From Patescibacteria group bacterium (GTDB lineage: Bacteria > Patescibacteriota > Minisyncoccia > UBA6257 > JACRHW01), in the NCBI GenBank assembly GCA_028865725.1, contig JAGWJP010000001.1:55377-119376 (forward strand): a stretch of 64,000 nt of DNA, read 5' to 3'. The translations under genes and the position numbers were made by a program. Below the pieces are notes generated by a model. It saw nothing but the letters and a program-made list of their open reading frames with translations. It was not told the DNA's origin and searched no databases. Position 1 is the first letter of the stretch. The number at the start of each line of letters is the position of its first letter. Below are positions 20,560 through 29,535 of the stretch, piece by piece.

Positions 20560-21111
20560 ATGACAGACGAAACATTTTGGAAAGATAAATCGGTTATTCT
20601 TGATACAAATATCCTTTCGCAGTTAGCAAAGGAAAAACGGGCGGATAAGTTCCGTCCCGTTTTTGATTTTTTTAAAAACAATAATATCGACCCACTTTTG
20701 ATTGATGCAACTTATTTTGAACTTTTAGGATTTACGGCAAATAAAAGCGATTTCGATTTTCTTGCTGAATGGGTTAAACAGTTTCCAATATTGCCGACCA
20801 AATCGGAGGATGTTGAATTAGCGTCCCTACTCTCGTCTTATTATAAAAACCTAGACCCCGAACTTAACAAAAAACAGATATCATACTGTGATTGTTTGCA
20901 CGCAGCACAACTGATTAAATTTGGTGGACGGGTATTTATTGTAACTACTGATATACATGATTATCCCATTTCTATTTTTGATATAAAAAGTATTCAAATT
21001 ATTGAAGATAATAAAAAAGCTGTGCTAGTTGGATTTATCACTTTTAATAAAGAGAAACTAGAAAAAGCAAGAATAAATTTTGAGAAATCAATTCAGGAGA
21101 AACGAGGATAG
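20560..21111 (+). CDS. PIN-domain (VapC-like) protein, preceded by a small overlapping ORF (possible antitoxin)
   Basis: VILDTNIL, FELL, SYCDCLHAA, TTDIHDY acidic PIN motifs. Confidence 0.75.
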   Translation: MTDETFWKDKSVILDTNILSQLAKEKRADKFRPVFDFFKNNNIDPLLIDATYFELLGFTANKSDFDFLAEWVKQFPILPTKSEDVELASLLSSYYKNLDPELNKKQISYCDCLHAAQLIKFGGRVFIVTTDIHDYPISIFDIKSIQIIEDNKKAVLVGFITFNKEKLEKARINFEKSIQEKRG

Positions 21112-21177
21112 ATACTATTAGGTTTTTTTCAATCAATAAACCAAACCTGACGTTGTTGGTGACAATTATAAAAAGTA

Positions 21178-21206
21178 TTGACTTTTCTTACAAAATACTA
21201 TATAAC
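21178..21206 (+). promoter_or_regulatory. Sigma70-type promoter of the DGR1 target
   Basis: TTGACT-17bp-TATAAC, followed by boxA-like TGTTCTTTAACA (21217) and SD AAGGAGGTG (21331). Confidence 0.6.
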
Positions 21207-21343
21207 ATAATTATCCTGTTCTTTAACATGGTAAAATTCAGTATGAGACGAGCGTTTTGGATGCCAAATAGAGGTGGTTTTCAGACCGCTCTTCTCATCC
21301 GAGAGAGCCAGGAGCAATCCTGATTTCATAAAGGAGGTGTGCG

Positions 21344-22129
21344 ATGTCTAACATCGTAAGCCCAAACAAACTGTCAGTACACAAGCAGCACGAGGTGCTT
21401 CTCAAGCTCGAAGCAGCGGGTCTCAACGACACCCTTGCCCAGAAGCTCGTCGACTCCAAAGACAATGACCTTGCTACGAGAGTGGTACGGCTCATCGAAA
21501 ACGGAGGCATCGAGCCGAGCACGAGTCAGAAGATGGCACGTAGCATCATGGGCAAGAACTTCTTTGGTGTGGAAGAGGCAGTGAAGCACTTCGGTGTCAA
21601 TCCCACGAAGGCTCAGCTCGCTCTTCTCGCCGAGATTCCGTTTACCAAAGCGGAGCTCAAAGAAAAGAAGAACTCCCATATCCTCGTCGCCGTCTTCCCG
21701 CTCTCCATCCTCGACATTCGTGGCAAGATGACCACCAAGGTTTTCTACAACCAGGACTGGTACAACAACCAGGACTGGTACAACAACCAGGACTTCGCCA
21801 AGAATCGTGGAGAAGTGGGATGGTATCTCATTCGCAAGACTCCCGTGGAGAATTCGACGAACAAGACGTGGCAAGAGCAGCAGGCTCTTCTCTCCGACAA
21901 GGATGAGACGCCGACTGCTCGGGTCATGGTCTATGCTATCGTCGGTCATTACCTGGCAACGGGTGAGCGACTTTTTGAGAGAATCTATGTACGCTGTTCG
22001 GACCTCGGTTCGGACGGCCGCCGTGTCAGCGTCGGTTACTTCGCTGCTCGTGGGCTGGGCGTCAGCGACTGCTGGGGTGATGACCGTTTCTCCAGCGTCG
22101 GTCTCGCCTCCGCTCGGAAGTCCAACTGA
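21344..22129 (+). CDS. DGR1 target protein with C-terminal variable region (CLec-fold-like by inference)
   Basis: Its 3' end matches TR1 except at adenines; C-terminus ...SSVGLASARKSN. Confidence 0.92.
   Translation: MSNIVSPNKLSVHKQHEVLLKLEAAGLNDTLAQKLVDSKDNDLATRVVRLIENGGIEPSTSQKMARSIMGKNFFGVEEAVKHFGVNPTKAQLALLAEIPFTKAELKEKKNSHILVAVFPLSILDIRGKMTTKVFYNQDWYNNQDWYNNQDFAKNRGEVGWYLIRKTPVENSTNKTWQEQQALLSDKDETPTARVMVYAIVGHYLATGERLFERIYVRCSDLGSDGRRVSVGYFAARGLGVSDCWGDDRFSSVGLASARKSN
21747..21794 (+). repeat. 18-bp in-frame tandem repeat (2.7 copies; YNNQDW)
   Basis: acaaccaggactggtaca x2 + acaaccaggact. Confidence 0.9.
22004..22117 (+). repeat. DGR1 variable region (VR1)
   Basis: 114-bp match to TR1 with 19 mismatches, all at TR adenines (13 A>G, 3 A>C, 3 A>T). 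Confidence 0.97.
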
Positions 22130-22490
22130 ACCTAGAACCTTGAAGCCTTGAGCTTCTTCGACCCCTTGAGTTTCCCGCAACGATTTGCGTGAGACTCTTG
22201 GGGTTTTTTCTTTTTGAATTCTTTTTTGATACAATATCCTTGTTCTGCTTTTGAAGGTGAGGCTACGGTTTCATCTCGCAGATGTCTCTTCTTTGAGACT
22301 TCGCCAGAATAGCAGTTGTCTACGGATACCGCTAGCGTGCGAATAAAGATGGAGATTGGACTTCTTGCTCATCTTTGGTGGAGATGGTTTCACAACTTGC
22401 TCCCAAATAAAATACAGAAAGGAGAGGATATAGACTCCCGTGAGTAGTAACCCTCGATTTTCAGTGACAGAGAGGAAGATGGGCAAATTT

Positions 22491-22604
22491 CTCGATTCGG
22501 ACGGCAACCGTGTCAACGTCGGTAACTTCGATGCTAATGGGCTGAACGTCAACAACTACTGGGATGATAACCGTAACTCCAACATCGGTCTCGCCTCCGC
22601 TCGG
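22491..22604 (+). ncRNA. DGR1 template repeat (TR1)
   Basis: AAC-rich copy of VR1 with 27 adenines, upstream of avd/RT. Confidence 0.95.
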
Positions 22605-22625
22605 CACTCTTTTCTCTATCACAAC

Positions 22626-22645
22626 AACACCCCTTTCGGGGTGTT
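22626..22645. terminator. Hairpin between TR1 and the avd stop
   Basis: aacacccc-tttc-ggggtgtt. Confidence 0.65.
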
Positions 22646-22996
22646 TTAGTAACTTTTTGTTGCTTTAATCCAACCCCCGAGCATTTTTCCAATTTCATCA
22701 ATATGTTCCTGAAGTATGATATATTTTTTAGCATCAATCGCTTTTACCTCTTTTGATAATCGCACCAATACCCGCAAGAGATTTAATTTCACGCTTGTTT
22801 TTTCAAGTATTGGGAGTTTCTCCATTTTTGTACTCTGGCTTGCGGCGAGAAGAAATTCTACAATATCTAACATTATTGTTTCGCACCGTTGCCATAGAAT
22901 ATAACGGTCTTGTTTTGCAACTGTGTTCCGATAGCTATACAGTGTTTTATACAGCTCATACGTTTTCTTAAAAATTGGGATATCGAATTCGTCCAT
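22646..22996 (-). CDS. avd: DGR accessory variability determinant (Avd, four-helix bundle)
   Basis: 116 aa; DRYIL...EIGKMLGGWIK motif; lies between TR and RT. Confidence 0.88.
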   Translation of the reverse strand: MDEFDIPIFKKTYELYKTLYSYRNTVAKQDRYILWQRCETIMLDIVEFLLAASQSTKMEKLPILEKTSVKLNLLRVLVRLSKEVKAIDAKKYIILQEHIDEIGKMLGGWIKATKSY

Positions 22997-23000
22997 AATT

Positions 23001-24047
23001 ATGAAAGTTTATAAGAATGTTTTTGAAGAAATAATTTCGTTAGAAAATTTGTTTGCTGCATGGGATACCTTCAAGAGCAACAAACAGAAGAAACGAGACG
23101 TACAAGCATTTGAATGGAATCTTGAACATAACATCTTCGAACTCCATAGAGCTTTGAAGTCAGGGCGTTATCGCCATGGTTCCTACACCTCGTTCTTTAT
23201 TCAAGACCCGAAGCAACGTCATATTCATAAGGCATTGGTACAAGATAGGATATTGCATCACGCTCTCTTTACGGTATTGAATCCAATCTTTGAATCCACG
23301 TTTATTGCTCATTCGTTTTCGTGCCGTGTAAACAAGGGAACTCACAAAGGCATAGAAGTTCTCGAAGGAATGATACGAAAAATAACCCACAATGGGGTTC
23401 ATATGGCGTTTGCTTTGAAATGTGATGTCCAAAAGTTCTTTGGGTCGGTTGACCATCAAACTCTGAAGTCTATCCTTGCTCGAAAAATCAAAGATGTTCA
23501 GGCACTGGACTTGTGTAGCAAGATTATCGACAGTTTTGCCACAAACCCGTTGGGGGGGGGGCGTTATAGGAGGGGTTTGCCGATTGGTAACCTCACCTCG
23601 CAATTGTTTGCCAACATCTATCTGAATGAATTTGACCAGTTTATTAAGCATGATTTGAAAGTGAAAAATTACGTACGGTATACCGATGATTTTGTCATTG
23701 TGCACCAGAGTGAGGAAGAACTCAAGAACCTTTTACCGAAGATACGAGAATTTTTGAGCACGAGATTAAAACTTACCTTGCATCCCCGAAAAGTTATCTT
23801 GAATAAAACATCCCAAGGAGTCGATTTCTTGGGGTATGTACTTTTGCTTCATCACAGAGCGTTGCGTACGAAAACAAGGAGGCGGATAGTGAGAAAATTC
23901 AAATTGCGGATGGGGGAGTATAGAAAGGGAGTTATTACAAGGCAGACCCTTGAACAGTCGTTGCAATCCTATCTCGGTGTTCTTTCTCACGCAGATAATT
24001 ATGTGATTTCCGAAGGATTAAAGAATATGCTTTGGTTTTGGAAATAG
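23001..24047 (+). CDS. DGR1 reverse transcriptase
   Basis: QDRILHHA, SCRVNKGTH, GLPIGNLTSQLFAN (DGR-type SQ), YVRYTDD, GVDFLGY. Confidence 0.95.
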   Translation: MKVYKNVFEEIISLENLFAAWDTFKSNKQKKRDVQAFEWNLEHNIFELHRALKSGRYRHGSYTSFFIQDPKQRHIHKALVQDRILHHALFTVLNPIFESTFIAHSFSCRVNKGTHKGIEVLEGMIRKITHNGVHMAFALKCDVQKFFGSVDHQTLKSILARKIKDVQALDLCSKIIDSFATNPLGGGRYRRGLPIGNLTSQLFANIYLNEFDQFIKHDLKVKNYVRYTDDFVIVHQSEEELKNLLPKIREFLSTRLKLTLHPRKVILNKTSQGVDFLGYVLLLHHRALRTKTRRRIVRKFKLRMGEYRKGVITRQTLEQSLQSYLGVLSHADNYVISEGLKNMLWFWK

Positions 24048-24050
24048 AGT

Positions 24051-24155
24051 AATCAATAAACCAAATCCGCCCCCGTGTCCGAAAAGCTAGGAATATACAC
24101 TGTAGCATCATTTCTACGCTCAAAAATAGTTCTAACATCCCACACTACGGCACCC
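24051..24155. repeat. Putative inner right end (attR-1) of island 1
   Basis: 105 bp, about 78% identical to 26886-26990, ending in GGCACCC shared with the tRNA-His 3' end. Confidence 0.75.
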
Positions 24156-24371
24156 ACTTTACAAAATAGCATTAAATTCCAACTATTCGTTCTATCTTTC
24201 CAAGAAAATCGCCACAAAGGCGCACCTCATTCGAGTAGGATTATTCAACAATGACCACTCTGCGTATGCGGTAAATGGATCGCAGATTGAAGATGAACAA
24301 GTGGTTCATGTTTCTGCAAATGCGCCAAAACCCATGCAGATGGGAAATGGCCAGATGTAACGCGTGGCGCA

Positions 24372-24866
24372 CTAGCGCACCACAGCCGTTTCGTAGACAA
24401 TCGCGTAGGTTGAACTTGGGGTAAGCTCTGTATCGGCAAGCGTGTTTACCGGATTGCCGTCTTTGTAGATCGTGAGCGCGTGCGATGTGTCAAGGGGATG
24501 TCCTAAGAAATGGGAGCTATCAAACTTTTGCCGCCAGGTTCCGAAAAAGTCTCCCAGCGTATAGATGATGTGGTCATTTGATTGGATTATCACTGCGCCG
24601 GAAGCGTCGTTCGTGGAAATTACGCGGAGGCATTTTCCTGGGTCATGTCCGATAGAAGGAGAGAGGGGAAGCGGGGCACCATTCAGTGTTATGATAATGT
24701 GTACGGTAAAGCGTTGAAGAATGGGCTGAGTGGGATCAACGCAAGGCACCGCAGGAAGCCCGAGGTAATTCGCGCTATTCTGCGCTGCAACAAGAAGCCA
24801 TGATGTAGTTCCGGCAAGCGCAATAACAATGATGATGGAAACAAAAAATGATACGAATGTTCTCAT
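24372..24866 (-). CDS. Membrane-anchored hypothetical protein
   Basis: N-terminal TM; YTLGDFFGTW motif. Confidence 0.65.
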   Translation of the reverse strand: MRTFVSFFVSIIIVIALAGTTSWLLVAAQNSANYLGLPAVPCVDPTQPILQRFTVHIIITLNGAPLPLSPSIGHDPGKCLRVISTNDASGAVIIQSNDHIIYTLGDFFGTWRQKFDSSHFLGHPLDTSHALTIYKDGNPVNTLADTELTPSSTYAIVYETAVVR

Positions 24867-25089
24867 ATGCTTAATTATAGCCTACTTTTAAAGAAAGCAG
24901 ATGTGGTAAGATAAGAAAAGATTATGAAATACGAAGAATCAACGCCTTCTTCGGGGATGAAAATAGAAGATGCTTTAGTGACTATTCGTTCAAAACGTTC
25001 TTCTATACATTTGGGTGATTCTCAGCTCAAGGCCTTAGAAAAATTTGCTATGGTGATACAAAAAAGAGCCAGATCTGATTAATTCAATT

Positions 25090-25791
25090 ATGATTCAAAT
25101 ACTTTTTGCTCTTTTAGCCGGGATGTTGACGATTGCATCACCATGCATATTGCCGCTTTTGCCAATTCTTCTAGGCGTATCTATTGGACAGACCAATAAG
25201 GTGCGGCCATTATTTATTGTCATTGGTTTTGTTATTGTTTTCTCTACTACAGCAATCCTTTTGTCGATCTTGGTAAGAAATTCAGGGTTTAACCCAAATC
25301 TTATAAGGACAATCGGGATTTTTGCATTAGGGGTTTTTGGTGTCTTAATGCTTTGGCCCACTCCCTTTGAACGCTTTATGCTTCGGTTCAATAGTTTTTT
25401 TGTGAGAGTCGGCATGCTTAGCAACCCAACAAAACAGAGTAATATAAGCGGTTTTGTGTTGGGGATGGTTTTGGGAATCATCTGGACGCCTTGTGCAGGC
25501 CCCGTACTCGCCTCGGTGCTCACTCTCGTGGCACTTCAAAAAGAATTATTGGTAGCAGGTATTTTGCTTGTTGCGTATGCTATCGGTGCTGGTGTGCCTA
25601 TGCTTCTTATTGCATACGGCGGTCAGTATCTTAGTAATAAAATCACGGCTGTTGCAAGATATTCCGGATTATTACAACAGATTTTTGGAGCACTTATTAT
25701 AGTGCTTTCTGTTGCTATCTATTTCAACTACGATATGAAAATATACATGCTGCTTTCAACGTATTTTCCAAATCTTAATCCTCGATTTTAA
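25090..25791 (+). CDS. ccdA: CcdA-like disulfide transfer membrane protein
   Basis: SPCILPLLP and WTPCAGPVLA. Confidence 0.88.
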   Translation: MIQILFALLAGMLTIASPCILPLLPILLGVSIGQTNKVRPLFIVIGFVIVFSTTAILLSILVRNSGFNPNLIRTIGIFALGVFGVLMLWPTPFERFMLRFNSFFVRVGMLSNPTKQSNISGFVLGMVLGIIWTPCAGPVLASVLTLVALQKELLVAGILLVAYAIGAGVPMLLIAYGGQYLSNKITAVARYSGLLQQIFGALIIVLSVAIYFNYDMKIYMLLSTYFPNLNPRF

Positions 25792-25794
25792 ATC

Positions 25795-26862
25795 ATGAAA
25801 ACGAAATCACTACTAGTATTAATAGTGATCATTACAATTGTGATCGGTGCCGGTTTTTATGTTGACACGAGATTACGTGGTATTAACCTTATGTTCAATA
25901 CCACCGTGATCCCTAGAAACGGAACTCAGTCCGATAGTTCTTCGACAGCGGAGGCGTCGCTTGCTTCAAAGATAGACCTTAAGAATTACGGCATGGCTCC
26001 CGATTTTGCTGGAATTAGTACATGGCTTAACAGCAGTCCTTTGACTATCGAAGGTTTGCGTGGAAAGGTCGTGCTCATAGATTTCTGGACATATTCTTGC
26101 ATCAACTGTATTCGCACGCTTCCTTATGTGACGAAGTGGTATGACACCTATAAAAATAATGGTTTTGTTGTTGTAGGAGTCCATACTCCAGAGTTTGCAT
26201 TTGAGCAAGACACGAATAATGTGAAAGACGCTATCCAGTATTTCAATATCCATTATCCTGTTGCTCAAGATAATCAGTACAGAACGTGGAATGCATACAG
26301 CAATCAATATTGGCCAGCCGAATATCTAATCGATAAGAATGGAAATATTGTTCACGTGCATTTTGGAGAGGGTGAGTATGACGTTACTGAAAATATAATA
26401 CGTGCATTGTTGGGTTTGAATCCAGCAACCACGACGGCTCCGAGTAATAGTTTGGACCAAGTGCAATCACCTGAAATGTACTTTGGCACTAATAGGCTTA
26501 ATAATCTGACACCTGAGCAAACCCCTTCGTTATCGTCCACAATGTATTCATTTCCTCAGAATCTTTCTTTAAATAATTTTGCTTTGGAAGGAAACTGGCA
26601 ATTTAGTCCGAAGAGTATTGCGTTAGTAAGTGGTCAAGGAAAAATAAAACTCAAATTCCATTCTGGTAAACTCTATATTGTGGCTTCCAGCGCAAATCCG
26701 AATCAACTTTCTGTTGTGATTGATGGAAAAGATCAGCTCCCCGTTGTGGTAAAAGATTCCAAATTATATACGCTCTTCGATTCAAATGATTACTCTGACC
26801 ATATCGTTGAAGTTACGATAGATCAGCCTGGCTTTAATGCATTTACGTTTACATTCGGATAG
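25795..26862 (+). CDS. DipZ-like redoxin (TlpA-type thioredoxin with C-terminal domain)
   Basis: IDFWTYSCINCIRTLP, GVHTPEFAFE. Confidence 0.88.
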   Translation: MKTKSLLVLIVIITIVIGAGFYVDTRLRGINLMFNTTVIPRNGTQSDSSSTAEASLASKIDLKNYGMAPDFAGISTWLNSSPLTIEGLRGKVVLIDFWTYSCINCIRTLPYVTKWYDTYKNNGFVVVGVHTPEFAFEQDTNNVKDAIQYFNIHYPVAQDNQYRTWNAYSNQYWPAEYLIDKNGNIVHVHFGEGEYDVTENIIRALLGLNPATTTAPSNSLDQVQSPEMYFGTNRLNNLTPEQTPSLSSTMYSFPQNLSLNNFALEGNWQFSPKSIALVSGQGKIKLKFHSGKLYIVASSANPNQLSVVIDGKDQLPVVVKDSKLYTLFDSNDYSDHIVEVTIDQPGFNAFTFTFG

Positions 26863-26885
26863 GAAATGCAAGGCGCGCTTTTGCG

Positions 26886-26990
26886 AATCAATAAACCAAA
26901 TCTATCGTTGTGTCTGCAAACGTAGGAACATACACTGTAGCGTCGTTTCTCTGCTCAAACACAATTTTAACATCCTCTACGACGGCACCC
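26886..26990. repeat. Putative outer right end (attR-2) of island 1
   Basis: Second copy of the 105-bp repeat ending in GGCACCC. Confidence 0.78.
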
Positions 26991-27486
26991 AAAGATTTGA
27001 CAAATAGCACGTGATGTGCTATGTTGGTTTTATTCCCATAGAGAGTGGAGGCAAAACTAATGGAAGAGGAGCGTTTTCGAAAGGCTCAAACAAATTATAT
27101 TCGTGCACACAGTAGGTTTGTGCGGTTGGATCGGATGAGTAATCCGCCGAAAGAAAAAGTTGACAGGGCTGAGGATGACCTTCGTACGGCAAGCGATGCA
27201 TGGAAGGCTTTGCAAGATGGCGAGGGGAAGAAAGATAACTAAATATTTTTTTGAGAGCCCCTGGTAATGCCCATGGGTTTTTATATACCAACCATCAGTT
27301 TCTCCAACCCAACCGTAACCTCCCGCTAATGATACATTTTGCCGCTTGGAAATATTCAAGCGGTTTTTTGTTCCTACCACAGCGCATCCCGCTATTTAGC
27401 GTACCTCCGAGCACGGCGTTTACATTATGTATAAATTATGTTATTATATCTTTTGTTCGTTGAAATCAGTATAAGGAGGTAGGTCT

Positions 27487-28737
27487 ATGAAGTCTTTTCG
27501 TGTCTTTCCAGTTACTTCGTTGCTTGATTCCGATTTTTACAAGTTTACGATGGGACAGTTTGTGTTTTTGAATTTTCCAAATGTCGAGGTCGAGTTTGAA
27601 CTTATCAATCGATCTCGTGCGCCGCTTGCGTATCATATTCGTGAAGCGGATCTTCGCGCCACGCTTACCGCGCTTCGTACTTTACGCTTGACTCAAAGTG
27701 AACTTTCTTATTTGCGCGGGTTACGCAATGGAGAAGGGCCTCTTTTTCGCGAGGAATATCTTGATTTTCTTTCGGGACTTTCGTTGCCTCGCTATACGCT
27801 TAAGCGTGACGGCGATACCTATCGTTTGTCATGTCGCGGGCCGTGGCCGCTCGTTATGATGTGGGAGATTCCTGCGCTTGCCACAGTGAATGAACTTTAC
27901 TATCGTGGTCTTTGCGAGGGTCGACAGGATGAGTGTATTACCGTGGGAGACAAGCTTCTACGAGAGAAGATCGCTTTGTTGCGTACTGTACCCAATCTTT
28001 CCTTTAGCGATTTTGGGACGCGCCGGCGTTATAGCAGGGCGTGGCAGGGTCATGTTTTGGAGACGCTTGTTCGGGAAATTCCTTCCCAATTGCAAGGGAC
28101 TTCGAATGTGATGTACGCGATGCGGTACGGTCTTCGGCCTATTGGCACTTCTGCACACGAGCTTCCTATGGTGCTTGCAGCACTCGCATTTGCCAAGAAC
28201 ACCCCAGGGGTATCGGATACCGGAGTGCTTGAGAGCGTTCATCAGTATATTTTTGAACACTGGTTTGAGCTCTATGGCGATTCGCTTTCGATTGCGCTGA
28301 CTGATACGTTTGGAAGTGATTTCTTTTTTCGTACTGCTCCGCGTTGGATTGCAGAGCAATGGCGTGGAACCCGCCAGGATTCAGGCAATCCATTCCGGTA
28401 CGGAGAAGAGGCGATCAGATGGTATGAACGCCATGGAATTGATCCTTCAAAAAAGGTAGTGGTATGGAGCGATCAGTTGGATGTAGCTCTTATGATTACT
28501 ATTCTTGAGCAGTTTTATGGGCGTATTGGCGTTGGGTTTGGTATTGGTACGAATCTTACGAACGATTGCGGCGTCAAGGCCATTTCTCTTGTGATGAAGG
28601 CGATGCGTGCGAATGGACATGATACGGTGAAGCTCAGTGATAACCGCGCGAAGGCGACTGGTCCCCAAAACACTGTTGATCGATATTCCGCAGCGGCAGG
28701 GTATGTCTCGACATTGTATGAAGAATGCCGGTCATAG
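27487..28737 (+). CDS. pncB: Nicotinate phosphoribosyltransferase
   Basis: SLLDSDFYKFTM, DFGTRRR, GTSAHE, LTDTFG, RQDSG, KLSDN. Confidence 0.95.
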   Translation: MKSFRVFPVTSLLDSDFYKFTMGQFVFLNFPNVEVEFELINRSRAPLAYHIREADLRATLTALRTLRLTQSELSYLRGLRNGEGPLFREEYLDFLSGLSLPRYTLKRDGDTYRLSCRGPWPLVMMWEIPALATVNELYYRGLCEGRQDECITVGDKLLREKIALLRTVPNLSFSDFGTRRRYSRAWQGHVLETLVREIPSQLQGTSNVMYAMRYGLRPIGTSAHELPMVLAALAFAKNTPGVSDTGVLESVHQYIFEHWFELYGDSLSIALTDTFGSDFFFRTAPRWIAEQWRGTRQDSGNPFRYGEEAIRWYERHGIDPSKKVVVWSDQLDVALMITILEQFYGRIGVGFGIGTNLTNDCGVKAISLVMKAMRANGHDTVKLSDNRAKATGPQNTVDRYSAAAGYVSTLYEECRS

Positions 28738-28742
28738 CGTAG

Positions 28743-28781
28743 AATTTTTTTATCCCGCCACATGGCGGGTTTTTGTTTTGA
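28743..28781 (+). terminator. Intrinsic terminator, exactly duplicated at 29452-29490
   Basis: aatttttttatcccgccacatggcgggtttttgttttga. Confidence 0.8.
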
Positions 28782-28910
28782 AAATATGTATTTTCAAAGA
28801 ATAATGCTGATAATTTGCTGACGTGTTTCATGTTTAGCCTATAGAGTCCACCTCTTGACATATTTTTTAGAAAGTTTTAAAATTTTCATGCTTCACAAGA
28901 AGCAATTCTG

Positions 28911-29435
28911 GTGGGTTACCGCCACAAGGAGGAAATTCTATTGGATATGGATAGAAAGAATACTATTGTTGACATGCTTATTGGATCGTTGCTCAAAAGT
29001 GAAGAAGATGAAGCTGGGGGAGAAGAAAGACTGACGAGTCGAGGAATGGGCCAGGTTCTTGGGATGGTTGGTGAGTTGCAGGGTGGGCTTGATGAGGTGA
29101 GACGCTATTTTCCTATCGCAAAACTTATCATCGACGGCTTGAAAGGCGATGTGACCACCGTTCTTAAGATGGCGGCTGGTGCGTATCTTGACGTAGCGGA
29201 GGGCATGCCAGAAGAGGCAAAGCGATTTGCAGCGCTTCGGGCGCGGGGAATCCGTAATTTGTATGAGAGTCTTAGCCAGAGTGGTTTTTCTGACGAAGAC
29301 GCGTATGGACTCACACTTGCGGCCCTTGCGAGTGACAGTGCTATCAAAGCACAGCAAAAGGCCAACGGCCTTTCCAAAGCTCTTGATAGATGCAGCAGTA
29401 CTACCGCTGCTCAAGTTCGTGCTGCCAAGAGTTAG
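28911..29435 (+). CDS. Hypothetical helical protein (start uncertain)
   Basis: Promoter TTGACA-17-TAAAAT at 28855, SD and terminator flank the ORF. Confidence 0.6.
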   Translation: MGYRHKEEILLDMDRKNTIVDMLIGSLLKSEEDEAGGEERLTSRGMGQVLGMVGELQGGLDEVRRYFPIAKLIIDGLKGDVTTVLKMAAGAYLDVAEGMPEEAKRFAALRARGIRNLYESLSQSGFSDEDAYGLTLAALASDSAIKAQQKANGLSKALDRCSSTTAAQVRAAKS

Positions 29436-29535
29436 GGAGAGCGAATAAATAAATTTTTTTATCCCGCCACATGGCGGGTTTTTGTTTTGATCTAGAGCAG
29501 CTATCCTATTCGTATCTTTCCTTGACGAGCCATGA

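Larger units (their letters stand above)
7937..26990. mobile_element. Integrative element (island 1) at tRNA-His; satellite/IME-like, no virion or conjugation genes seen
   Basis: Serine recombinase overlapping the tRNA 3' end; core GGCACCC at 7937, 24149 and 26984; primase-helicase; defence cargo. Confidence 0.8.

Noticed and set aside
21374-22234. 286-aa antisense ORF, and many other shadow ORFs such as 2483..3223
   Set aside because: Fully overlap well-supported genes on the opposite strand and have no motifs
22440-22649. 69-aa Asn-rich ORF over TR1, and similar ORFs over TR2
   Set aside because: A by-product of the TR mirroring the VR reading frame; the TR acts as RNA
23001-24047. RTs considered as group II intron or retron proteins
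   Set aside because: Short length, the GNLTSQ motif, adjacent avd and TR/VR pairs identify both this RT and 61705..62757 as DGR RTs
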